From: Octopus sinensis | Taxonomy: Eukaryota | DNA length: 64,000 nucleotides | Assembly (NCBI RefSeq): GCF_006345805.1 | Contig: NC_043001.1 | Span: forward strand, 10,230,001 to 10,294,000 | Reading direction: 5' to 3' | Part shown: piece by piece, positions 27,349-40,170 of the stretch | Layout of the letters: the number at the start of each line of letters is the position of its first letter | Numbering within the stretch: position 1 is the first letter of the stretch | Made by a program: the position numbers and the translations under genes | The notes under the pieces: generated by a model | What the model was told of the DNA's origin: nothing | Databases searched by the model: none | Seen by the model: only the letters and a program-made list of their open reading frames with translations

Positions 27349-28827
27349 TCATTGAATATGTAAACTGTGGTTGTAATGCTTGTCTGAGAAAATTAACATT
27401 AAAAAAAGTATTGTGAAAACATTCTACCTTAGGAGGTTTAATGATTGTGTTTGGCCTTAGAATATTAACAGACTAACAATGTTTGAATATTCCAAGTCTA
27501 TTTGGCTGTGTTTTCTTGTCACCAGCCTCACTGTTGCAGTCCAATCTTTTCAGTTGCTTATGCAACTTTTAATGGTCTCCTATCCATTTTGCAAAGATGG
27601 CCTTTGTGAAAATGTAATTTTATTGTGATATGTAACTATTGAAAAGTAATGGCTTCATTGATAATCTCTGTTCTTCATGCTGAAAGGCACAATCTTTTTT
27701 TCTCGTCTTATTTAGTTTTCTTCGATCTGAACATGATAAATCTTAAAAACTGAAATTCCTAAAAGCCAAAATTACCTTTTCCACATCTACCCACACCGAT
27801 ACCCCACTTCCCATACATGCTTGTATTATTTATTAGGTAATTCTATTGAAAATCTGTCGCAAAGTTGTGATTGCAATTTAGGTGTAGTATAAAGGTTGCC
27901 ATGGAATTAAATCTTTACACTTCTTATGTTGTTTCCTTTAAAGTATTCTCTTTTATAAAAGAAACTGGAACTTAATTTAAGATTTGTTAAGTTGAATAAA
28001 TGGATACTTGCTCAAATTTCACAAGTTTTCCTTTATTGTTATTATTTTTTGTCACTTTTCTTACAAATAAGATAAAACCTTATTTGTGAGAAAAACTTAC
28101 TGCTTCTAGCAACTGACCAATGGAGGGAAGAAAAAAAAGTCAAGCTGATATATTATTTCTTCTGTGCTCATTAAGAATTCAAATTTTACAATAATGCCTC
28201 GATATATGTTTGAAATCAAAAAATTGTGCTGCTGTACTCACACATATTGAATAATTTAAAATCAGATAAGCATTTTTTTTTATTTTGTTGCCCCTGACCC
28301 CTTTTCCATTGGTGTATTTGTTAAGTACCCAAGACAACGTTTTGGTTACCAAGTGTCATACGTATGCAGCTAGATTAGTTTGAATGGAAAGAAATAACAT
28401 ATACCATTACACTGTTTATAAAATATCAATCAATTTCATTATCGTCATCGTCATCATCATCATATTTCTTAGTTCTTCTCTTTCTCTGATAGAGTGATTG
28501 AGTTTGCTGGCTTTTTAGTTTGCCACATTATTCTTCGTGGTCCTTCATCATCTCAATTGCTCTGCTAGTTTTTTTTCACTAGCATTCACTCAGTCTTTCA
28601 TGCAAGTTGACATTGTATACACAGCTGATGAAAATCAATTCCTTTTCTGCTGCTTCTTAGAGGGGAAATGTTTATTTCCAACAGATTGCAATTCTCTGAA
28701 ACTAATACTTTTCTTCTCTATATCTTCTGTTTTATCACTAGAACCAACTTCAGATAGTTAATGGTTCTGTCACCTACACAGTTCTGCACTGCTTGTTCAA
28801 GTGAACAACTAGTTGTATTGGCAACTA

Positions 28828-29798
28828 TGAGGGGAAGTCAAAAATTATTTGCATTTTCATGAGAACCATCTTCAGTGTGGGTTCCTCATTATGCAACCAA
28901 AGTTTGACCTTGGTCACTCCAGTTTGCTTCCTTGTATTACAGAGTAAACAAAAGTTCTCTGCTCTAGGTGTGCACCAAAGAAGAACAGAGATCAGTGATC
29001 TGATTTCTCTGGTCTGAAGGTGTGTCAGGGGCTGAAATTTATTACTGGCCTTCAGTACAAAAGAGGGACAGCATTCTACCATTCAAAAGTGTGCATCAGT
29101 GGATCAAGAAGTTTAAAAATATTAGACAGATGTGGAACATGAAGAGGTAACAGGATGTCCATCAACCTCCTTCACTGATGTGAAGATTCAATAAGCTTTT
29201 TTGGAAAGAATAGTCACAAGTAGTGAGACTTGGGTCCATCACTTTCAGCCAGAATCCAAAAGGCAGACTATAGTGTGAAAAAAAAACAGAATTGCCAGTG
29301 AAAAAGAAATTCAAGACTCAACCTTCTACAGAAAAAGTGAAAAAGGATCTATACGGGAACATTACCTTGAATGGAGGATGTACAGTCTCAAGTGTAGGTT
29401 ATAATGAGATGCTGGTCGACAAACTGAAACCAACAATTTGCGCCAAATACCGAGGTCTTTTGTCAAATTAAGTATTATTGTTGCAGGATAATGTACATCT
29501 GGCTTACGACTGCCCACATTGTTGAAACCATTGAAAAATTGAATTTCAGGTTGCCAGGATAGTCCAGTTTTTTCAACTATCACCTTTGGGTCACTCAAAC
29601 ATCCTTTTTGTTGATTTGCTGTGGATGAAGTACAGAAAGTGTGGACAACCATTAGATTTTGACTCTAATTGGATAAGCAAGCTTTGAAGAAGTGCACTGA
29701 AAAACAAGGAAACTGGCAAAAGAGGATGTAATTGTTCAACCCCTGCTTTTGTTTTAGTAAATTCTAGAAGAGCATGTATAATTTTTGACTTACGCTCA
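28828..29798 (+). mobile_element. Internally deleted, decayed mariner transposon
   Basis: TIRs ta|tgaggggaagtcaaaaattat and ataatttttgacttacgctca; relic translation FLERIVTSSETWVHHFQPESKRQ...KKFKTQPS...LLQDN. Confidence 0.85.
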
Positions 29799-30689
29799 TG
29801 TATTTTCCTGGTAGAGCTGTTGTTTTCCCTGCTTTCATGTCAGGTATGATTGTCTCAATATCTAAAACTACATTTTGGGTTTTCCCTTGCTATCTATTCC
29901 TTATACTTAACAACTTCTGATGTTGAACTTCCCCCAAGCGTTTCTTTCCACTGTAACTGAGAACCATTTTTTAATCCATTTTTTATCCTAATAATATCCT
30001 TGTTCATATGAATTTACCATTTGATGCCTCATATCTTTTCAGTGCAGAACATTTACAAAACATCTGCCATTCTTAGCTGAATAAACTTGATGTTTCACTT
30101 ACCACCTTTACTTAGCATTGTGAGGTTGTAGTTACACAGTTGCTCAGCCTGCTAGAAATAGCAACCAAATTCCCTTCCAATAAACACATTCTACCAGCTT
30201 CATTGTGGCTGAAATTGAATGATCAATGTTAATGAGTGACTCAACACCATTTTGTTACATCTTGTTTTCTTCTTTTTTAATATTTTTCCTGCTTATAATC
30301 CTAAGTATACACTAATTCCAATACTGTCCATTTTAGAGCCCTGAGAATCAGAATAATGTAATATTTCTGAAGAACAATTTTATGCAAACCAAACTGTCTC
30401 TGTGGCAAGACTCAGTATAATGTTATCCATAAATTTTACCTCATAAAAATATCTTCTCAATTTTACACATTCCTAGTAACCTATCTGCTCTTCAGATTGG
30501 GTTTGCTAACCATTTACTTACATTAAAAAAGGAACATGGTTTTACCAATGATTTAATGTTCACGACCATTTGTCAAGATCTTTTGTTTCATTTGGCTGTT
30601 AAGTCTCCTAGCTCCAACTTTAGAAAACCAGCCGGTTAGCTGTTTGGTTTTATAAAGCTTGCCTTGCAGAAAATCAAATCATTAAATGT

Positions 30690-30914
30690 CAGTGGCCGAT
30701 GCCAGTCCCCCACTGGCACCTGTGCAGGTGGCACGTAAAAAGCACCCACTACACTCACGGAGTGGTTGGCATTAGGAAGGGCATCCAGCTGTAGAAATAC
30801 TGCCAGATCAGACTGGAGCCTGGTGCAGCCCTGGCTTCCCAGACTCCGGTCGAACCGTCCAACCCATGCTAGCGCGGAAAACGGACGTTAAACGATGATG
30901 ATGATGATGATGAT
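30690..30914 (+). mobile_element. Family A element (one unit)
   Basis: gtgcaggtggcacgtaaaaagcaccc...ggacgttaaacg(atg)n. Confidence 0.9.
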
Positions 30915-32112
30915 ATTCAGTTTCAAAAATCAGTTTATAATCTAAAACTCAAGTTTTTATGTATTTATTTATTTATTTATTTTTTTTTTTTTTCTTTTAT
31001 AAAATGCTAAAAATCTTTTTATATCCCAATTTACTATTAACCTTTCTATTTTAAAAGTGTGTATTAGGGTGTCTATGAAGAATCTTGTAACTTCAATAAC
31101 CATAGTGTTTCTCAAGTTAAATTTATTTCAAGGTCATTTTGTACCGAGTGGGAAAAATTTGTTCAGATTTAGTTGTAAATTCATATTAATAACAGTTTCG
31201 GTGAAGTCAATTCTTTAGCGGTATACTTTCCTGAGTTTCCTTTTTAATCCTCTGAATAGAAACTTTTTTCTTCTTTTTTTTTCATAAGGCAGATATTTAT
31301 CACTACTATTTTATCTATTATTCACTTGCGCTCTCACACTATCATCTATCACTCCTTTCCTTTTTTACCCCTTTTTTTTCTCTTTATTTTCATTTCCTTT
31401 CCTCCTATATCATAAATGGCAATAAGTCATGAACATATAACCATAAATATGAAAGTGATACAAATGTATACTTTCAGATATATTTAGTTCTGTATTATCT
31501 TATATTTCTAACAAAAAAGCTTTAAATAGAATATGCAGTTTCTGAAACTGATAGGTCTTGTGAAGTGTAAATGTAGTATTTTATCTATAATTTCAGATGT
31601 AGACAAAAAACTAAAATAATATCTTGATTTTCAATCTTATGGTAAAGGTGAAGTTGATCAATAACAATTGTCATAGAATTGCATCAATGTGTTAAGCTTC
31701 TGTGTGTTCTAGTGTTCTAATATAGAAAAATATTTTGTCAAATTACTTTACTGAATATTTAGCACAAAAGAAATGCATTTCCTCAATTACCAAAATCTTG
31801 AAAGCATTGTTTATCATCTGTACATTTGTGCATCACTTTTCATATAGAAGTGATTCAGCCAAACTATTATCATTATTATTATTATCATTATTATTGTTAT
31901 TATTAGTTAGGTCTGGGCAAGGGGCAGTGCACTTGGCTTTTGCAAGCCTTCTAAAACCAATGAAATCGATGCCAGTTCATTTTCTGTTTTGGTTCCAAAT
32001 TTCAAACCCTGATTCATTTTCCTAACCTTGTTGATTTCATTTCATTCACTTGAATTTTTTATCTAAATATTATCTATGCCTGTGTTCATTTATATTTATA
32101 TTATACATCATA

Positions 32113-32307
32113 ATCATCATCATCATCATCATCGTTTAACGTCCATTTTCCATGCTGGCATGGGTTGGACGGCTTGACTGAGGAATGGTGAGCCAGAAGG
32201 CTGCACCAGACTCCAATCTGATCTGGCAAAGTTTCTACAGCTGGATGACCTTCCTAATGCCAACCACTCTGAGAGTGTAGTGGGTGCTTTTTACGTGCCC
32301 CTGGCAC
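32113..32307 (-). mobile_element. Family A element
   Basis: (atc)n gtttaacgtcc...ggtgctttttacgtgcc. Confidence 0.9.
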
Positions 32308-32367
32308 TTGGATGTAGGTGCTTATGCCTCTCCGAGAGAGAGAGGGGAATATATGTATATATATATA

Positions 32368-32406
<39 letters not shown>

Positions 32407-32646
32407 TATACATAGCTGTACCTACCAGAACTGTGCCCAATATAATAATGTAGAATCTTAAGTGGCATTGATATTAATGAGTTTTGGATAGTTTCTTTTT
32501 TAGAGTATTTTACAATGTCGTATTTCTATGAACTTTTGTGATAAGTTATCACCTTAGAACATTTTTAGAAGATTTCTTCTATTACTTCAACTTTTTAGTT
32601 TCTATTTGTACAGGGTTTCTATTGGTTTGTCTCCAGTTGCTATTAA

Positions 32647-32868
32647 CCCTTTTGATACCAACCCAGCCGTAACCGGCTCTGGCTCTGTAGTTCAAATGTT
32701 TTGTTTTCATAAGTATCAAATTAAAATCTTCCATCAAACCTTAGTCACAATTTATGTTCCTAACACTAGCTGAATGATAACTGAGTTATTTTACTAAATT
32801 CTTTATTATATTTAAAATTAATTGAAAGAAACACAGAGCATCTCAACAGAAATACAGTAACGAAAGGG
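32647..32868. mobile_element. piggyBac-like MITE
   Basis: TTAA|cccttttgatac...gtaacgaaaggg|TTAA. Confidence 0.9.
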
Positions 32869-34121
32869 TTAAGCATCTAATCCCTGGATTCAAATATGAT
32901 TCTACTGGTCTTCATAGAATGTTTACATTCTCCATATTGTGACTACATATTTTAGAATATGTCAATAACAAAAGACTGAACTGATTGATATGTTGTGTAG
33001 ATAGAGGTTAACGGTTCAGACATCTTTTTTTTTTGTTTTCAATTTTACACACGAACTAAGCATATGCAATTGAAAAACAATAACTACCACCCTTTACCAG
33101 GGAAATATGAGGACTTTTGTTTATTAGTGAGCAATAAAAAATACTTTTGGCAATTTAAGTACTGATTATTGGTAGTCAGTAAAGCTTGTTTTCCATTTTA
33201 CAAAAGTTTTCTTTATTCTAAAGGACTTGAGTCTCATCTATGAGATACATTACAGATTGTAAAACCCTGCACATTTGTTATGGGTATTGTGTAGTATTAA
33301 TAAAAATTGCAGAAATGGGACAGTATCCTTTTTCTGTTGCTGTAGCAGGGAAAATATAAGCTAAAGGACTATTTTTGTGTTATCTGTAGTAGAAAATACG
33401 CTTAGATATATAGTGAGTCAAGCCATTTCCCCATGCTATATAATACAATCTCCTCTTTCATTAACTGAGTGTAGAATCTATTTCATATATTCTAGATGAC
33501 ATCAAATCTCTATTATATATGGAGAAGAAAATCAATAATTACGAATAATTAAAATACAGAAAGAATTTGTCTGCTCTAAATTTACAGCTGAAGGAAAAAT
33601 CAAAGATTGAAATCTTTTAAACACATATGGTTGCTATCAAATGAGAAGTAATCTGTGTCTGTTTGTGCCTCATATCATTATTATTTAATGTCCTTATTCC
33701 ATGCAAACAGGATCGAATGAGTCAGAGGGCTATGTTGGTCCCTAATGTCTGCTTTGGCCAAGTTTCTGCAGCTGGGTACCCTTGTTGATGCCAGTCACTT
33801 TACATTATGCACATGGTACTTTTTTTTCATGCCAGCAGCACTGTTAAGTCAACAAGTAACATACAAGAAGACCCCTTGACAGCGGTAGTACAGAAAACCA
33901 GTTTTTAGGTTCAGAATTTTAAGAATGGTTCAAGGAAATAGTTTGAAATATGTTAATCGGATGATATAATTATTTCATTGTAATTTCAAGCTGATTAGAA
34001 TGATTGATGATGTACAGATTTTCCTTAAAGGCATAGATTAAAAATCTTCATGATACAAGCGCTTTGTTTTGTACTTGAAGAAGTTTTGGTACTGCTCTCT
34101 TATTTGCTTTGAATTCTCACA

Positions 34122-34487
34122 ATCATCATCATCATCATCATCGTTTAACATCCGCTTTCCATGCTAGCATGGGTTGGACAATTTTGACTGAAGGCTGGCG
34201 AACCACATGGCTGCTCCAATCTTGATCTGGCAGAGTTTCTACACCTGGATGCCCTTCCTAATGCCAACCACTCTGAGAGTGTAGTGCGTGCATTTTACAT
34301 GCCACCGGCACGGGGCCAGTCAGGCGGTACTGGCAATGACCTTGCTCGAATCTTTTTACACATGCCACCAGCACAGGTGCCAGTAAGGCGACACTGGTAA
34401 CAATCACACTCGAATGGTGCCTTTTACATGACACTGGCACAGAAGCCAGTCAGCCGCTCTGTCAACGATCACACTCGTATGGTGCTC
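34122..34487 (-). mobile_element. Family A element (three units, variant subfamily)
   Basis: Family A tail and repeated tttacatgccacc/ggcac units. Confidence 0.9.
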
Positions 34488-34887
34488 ACAATATTCACCA
34501 TGATTCATTGAACTATAAAAAAATGAGCAATATCAAATGATTACTACATTTCACATGCTTACATACAATGAAAGTTTTTAAATGATTTATTTATTTTTGC
34601 CAATATTAGTACCATCATTAAATATTAGCATCAAGTTGTCAAAATAATGTCAAAACCATGATAATTTAGTAATTTTGAATTATCTTTATCGTTTTGATTT
34701 ATATTTACCCAATCGCTACATTACTTAAATAATTTAATGTAAGAATTGATTAATATTTAAATTGCAGAAATACAAGTTTACTTTCAGTTCAGAATAATTT
34801 CAAATACAAATAAATGTGCATTTGTCTGACTAGAAGTATTCATTCTTACATTATAATTCTGTTTCATTTATGATTAATATTCACCTT

Positions 34888-35148
34888 ACTGGCACCAGAG
34901 CCAATGGCATGTGTTAAAAGATTTGAACGAGGTCATTGCCAGTACCGTCTGACTGGCGTCTGTGCCAGTGGCACAAAAAAGCACCCACTACACTCATGGA
35001 GTGGTTGGTGTTAGGAAGGGCATCCAGCTGTAGAAACTCTGTCAGATCAAGACTGGGCCTGGTGCAGCCTTCTGGTTCGCCAGCCCTCAGTTAAACTGCC
35101 CAACCATGCTAGCATGGAAAGCGGACGTTAAACGGTGATGATGATGAT
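34888..35148 (+). mobile_element. Family A element (same variant as 34122)
   Basis: ggtcattgccagtaccg...gccagccctcagt...gcatggaaagcggacgttaaac. Confidence 0.9.
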
Positions 35149-38045
35149 TATCACTTAATGAAATCGAAATTACAGATTGCCAAATAACATTTTAATAAAT
35201 ATTTTCAAGAAGGCAAAATCTTACTCTAAAAGTAAACCTCTTACAATGTCAATGTTTTGCCATAGGTGATGTGAATAATTATTATGCTAATAATTTCAAA
35301 TGAAATATCTGTCAAAGCAATCCCATTAATTTGTGTTATGCCAGATCCAGTTTTCTTAATACTGTACCATCTTGGCTACCTTTCTGCTTTTGTCAGTGAT
35401 AGTAATATAAGTTTGAATTTTATTTGCCCTTATATAACTTGGTTGTAGATGCTACAACTGTTACCTTCACACACACACACGCATTTATATGAATTCAAAC
35501 AGTTATTTCAAGTTAACAATGTGTTTTCCTGGATAATCTTCCTTGAAATATTACTTCATTCAACACACGATTTATAATAATACCCAGCTCTCAAATGCCT
35601 TGAATGAGAAACCTGGTATGAATGTTTGTAACAGAATAAACTCTGTTGCGTATCAGGTTTCTAGTCTAACTTCCTTCTTGAAGCTCTGAGAAGGGCCATG
35701 GTCATTGTCCTCTCTCCTTAAATTAAGACATTTATAAATAAACGCACCTAGAAAACATTCACACACATACACACACACACACACACACACAGATGTTTTC
35801 ATTATTTTAATACAGGGCATATATGAATTTTGTAAATAGTAAAAATATTTTTCTTTTAGATACTGTTACATTGATAGTCTTATAATTAATTTTTAACTCA
35901 GCCTAAATAAAACACCTACAACTAGTTATAGAAGTACATTTTAGCAGAGTATTTGAATTGAATTTAGTGCAATTTAAAAGCTGTGTGTGATGAGACCGAG
36001 AGAGGGGAGAAATTGCAGGTTTTCCAATATGGGTCATGATACAACAGAAATAAAAAAGAGAAAAAGTGGTAATATTAGCAAATAGTTTGTTGGCACCAAC
36101 TATGAAAATTATTACTATGAAGGTCACTCTATATTTAGATAAAATTGAAACTGTCTGATTCTGTTCTTATTCTTTACTTTATTCATTTTGCAATTTATCA
36201 TTAATTAAAATTGGAAGTTATTAAGAGCAAACAAAAGTTGATGGAAATCCACTGTGTTGTTAGGTAAACTTAAATCATTATTATGGTTCTGTTTGCAGTA
36301 GAACGCCCTCATAGCAATATTCTCCGTTTGACAGCCCTTTGCTATATCTACCTCTATGGAAGCACTCCTATCTTGGACAGAGGAGTTAAGATTGAGATTG
36401 GAAGTGTAGTGATATAGATTAGCAATATGTCAAGAATCCATATAATAGCAATATTGCTTCAGTGATGCCCCATAGATTGAAGGATTGCACAAATAATATT
36501 GTTGAACACGTAGGTAAATAGTATTGGTAGGGAAAAGCCAAATGCTGTGTTTGTCAAAAAATAAAAAAATTAATGTAATAACTGATTTTTAATAAAAGTT
36601 AAGTGAACAGTTTCCGTTGTACATTTAATTAACATTTTTTTAATACAATCTCTGATAGTATTAGGTGATATTCTTTTAATTTGACGAATCAAAAAGTGAT
36701 TCAAATTATCTTGGAATAATAATGAAATAAATAAAGCATTCCATAGAGCACCAAAATAGAATCTTTGCAATTAAGATAAAATGTTTACAAGATCATAACA
36801 TATTTTGAGACATTTTTTTTTTTATCAAATATTTCTGAGATTTTCTTTCCTTGTTTTTCTAAAACTGAAATTGTAAAATCAACTTTTAGCATTCCGGCCC
36901 CTCCCTTGTTATTTGATCTTGCATGTGAGTATAAGCATTTTGCTGCTTCAATGATTGCACATGGTTGGAAGCCATTGGTACTGACAGATTCAACCATTTA
37001 CTTACACAGCTTCTGTTGCATGTATTGTGTTCTTGTTCTGTTGTATACTCAGATGAACATTAAAATATTTGGCGCTTCATAACTTCACAAAAACATATAA
37101 ACTTCTACCTATCTGTGGTTATTAGGTAGGTCTACCCATGTGTGAGTTATATTGTTCAGGTTTGGTATTACAGTGCAGACATTCATAATTATGTGTGTGT
37201 GTGTGTGTGAATTTCTATTTCCAGTGTGTGCTTCTATGTAACGATGGGATTGTATATACAAGAATGAAAGTCTTTGTATGTTTGTGTGTATCTGAGTGTT
37301 GGGGTGTGTATATCTGTTTGCATAAGTGAGTCTGTTTTTATAAGTTTATGGTCCAAAAGAATTTCTGGGTGATACACTTTATCTAAAATCTGGTTTAAAA
37401 TTTCATCATGCATGCCTTTAGCAGTCAATTTGAGTTGCATTGGAGCTAGAAAGCTTCTCTGAGGATGACTTTTTTGCACTTATCTCAGCTGCTGTAAAAA
37501 TGTTCCTGAGCACTCCCACTCCACTTCTGATTAAGTGATAAAAATAAGATGCTAAAGATAAATGCAACAGAATTTTCCATTATTTTATACTCCTTAGATT
37601 ACATACTATTTAACCTATCTTTTTACTCACATATCGTATATAAATGCTTTATGATCATTAAGTTTCTAGTGTATCAGAATAAAACTACAATAGCTTTACG
37701 GTTCTATTACTACTGACAAAGAAAATGATAAATTTCGGAAATGCATTATTTTTCAATTGCTTCAAGCAAATTTAAGAAATTGTTAATCTTTCATTAACAA
37801 TTGAGTTAGTTAATGATCAATTATTTCTGCTTTCAGATACAGCTGTAACAATCGAATATTTTAAAGCTAGATATTTAAAGCAGGTCTCTGTTGTGTAAAG
37901 TGTTCACAAAATTTCTCATGAGCTTTGCTTTTATGTATAATGGTGCAGATATTTAGTTTGTATTACCCAAAGGGTTTTCATTTTCTGTTCAACAGATTAA
38001 TAATTCTACCATGTCCTTGTTCTAACCCAGCATTAAACCTCAGAT

Positions 38046-38427
38046 GTGGAGGCACAATGGCCCAGTGGTTAGGGCAGCGGACTCACGGTCATAGGACCGC
38101 GGTTTCGATTCCCAGACCGGGCGTTGTGAGTGTTTATTGAGCGAAAACACCTAAAGCCCCACGAGGCTCCAGCAGGGGATGGTGGTGATCCCTGCTGTAC
38201 TCTTTCACCACAACTTTCTCTCACTCTTACTTCCTGTTTCTGTTGCACCTGTATTTCAAGGGGCCGGCCTTGTCACTCTCTGTATCATGCTGAATATCCC
38301 CGAGAACTACGTTAAGGGTGCACGTGTCTGTGGAGTGCTCAGCCACTTACACGTTAATTTCACGAGCAGGCTGTTCCGTTGATTCGGATCAACCTGAACC
38401 CTCATCGTCGTAACCGACGGAGTGCTT
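38046..38427 (+). mobile_element. tRNA-head SINE family D, tail type X
   Basis: A box tggcccagtgg, B box ggtttcgattccc; body and tail match 50855-51228. Confidence 0.9.
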
Positions 38428-39119
38428 CCATCCAAACTTCAGACATTGTAGTCTATAAATATAAACCTCTTTGCTATATCTTAAAATGGTAGATAAACCT
38501 TTGAAATCCTCAGTAATTATCCTCTTATCTTCCTTATACTTGATTACGTGTATCAAGTATTGATATTTTGTTTTATAATTTAATGTAAACAATAAGAGCA
38601 ATTAGTTCAAAGTTAGAAATCCATTTTACTCAATAAAAATTAATCTAATTTCTGTCAGTTAAATATTTTTTTTAGTTCACAAATGCTTCTTAATGCCTAA
38701 AACCAACATTTGAAGTTCAGTGGAAAACTCATCTTGTGCTTTAAAATATTTATTTTTGTCCTTTTTTTAAAAAAAAAGGAAAATTTTAATCTGGTGTGAA
38801 CATATTGTATTTTTTTTTTTACTGAGATTTTACTGAGATTTTACTCTCTTGGAGTCCCTTTGAATAATCTACAAACTCTGGTGTTTTCCTTGTTTAGAGA
38901 ATGAAAATCTCTATCCCAAGGGAAATCATGAATTGGGGCTAAAGTGAAAGGGACCTCATCTGAGAGTGAAAAAAATTCTTTTGGTTGATGTTATGTCATT
39001 CATTCACTAAGAACAAAACAAATGCTAAAAATGAAATAAACTATTTGGTCTTAGAGAAATCCTTTATAATCTTCATTATAATTATCCTTCTCATCGTCAT
39101 TCTCATGTTACATCCATTT

Positions 39120-40170
39120 TTCCGTGCTTACACCACAGCATCTTCTCACATGTTATGACCCCTTTGTCATCCCATTTGTGAGGTTTTATGCCACAAGATC
39201 AGTTTCAACTACTTTTTCTTGGCTCTCCCCTCAAATTTCTTTCCCTTGAATCCCTTTGCACTTCTCAACAAACATCCTCCAGTTGCATCAGAGGTCTACA
39301 CCAGCATGGTCTTCACTTATATGCACATTTTTTCCCTTGTGGTTCATGTATACATTGTTCATGCTAACCTTATACATTTAATGGAGCAGGCTTGCCCTAG
39401 TTCTCTCCAGTATTAGCACCTCATGTTTTACTACTGTAGAACACAGAACTTCATCCCACAAACAAAATATTACTTACTCTTCACTTGGAAATCATATCCC
39501 TTGGTTGCTAGTATACTCCTTTACTTGTTTGAGTCATTTGACTGTGGCCATACTGGAGCACTGCCTTTTAGTCGAGCAAATCAGCCCCAGGACTTATTCT
39601 TTGTAAGCATAGTACTTATTCTATTGGTCTCTTTTGCCAAACCGCTAAGTTACAGGAACGTAAACACACCAGCATCAGTTGTCAAGCGATGTTGGAGGGA
39701 CAAACACAGACACACAAACATATACACATACATATATATATACATATATACGACAGGCTTCTTTCAGTTTCCGTCTACCAAATCCACTCACAAGGCTTTG
39801 GTCGGCCCGAGGCTATAGTAGAAGAAACTTACCCACGGTGCCACACAGTGGGACTGAACCCGGAACGATGTGGTTGGTAAGCAAGCTACTTACCACACAG
39901 CCATTCCTACACCTATTGGTAATAATGCCATAAACTTTTCCCTCCTATTCTTACTTTGGTCACTATAATTCCGTAACATCCTCCTCTGCTACCCATTAGG
40001 ACACCTTCGTTTACTTTTAGAAAACATTTCAACTGTTAGACTGAGTTTATGTTATGGTAGCCTCTCATGATACATATGAAGTCCTCCTTCTTTGTCAGTA
40101 TGCCAGTGACCCTTTTAGCACTTCTTGTGCACCATACTTTACTCTATAGTGCATTCTTATGTGGCATAGT
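39120..40170 (-). pseudogene. Highly degenerate RTE-like LINE 3' region, interrupted by a SINE
   Basis: Minus-strand remnants resembling the RTE C-terminus (GRPRK-type motif and related tail); heavily decayed. Confidence 0.4.
39517..39912 (-). mobile_element. Full-length family B SINE
   Basis: Colinear with 22186-22598 and 60634-61020. Confidence 0.9.

Noticed and set aside
36299-36513. Exon-like segment between tttgcag and g|gtaaat
   Set aside because: Stops interrupt the frames checked; no recognisable protein.
38046-38125. tRNA-like sequence (also 44124, 45755, 8384)
   Set aside because: A/B boxes are present but there is no proper acceptor stem, and it continues into repeat bodies; these are SINE heads.
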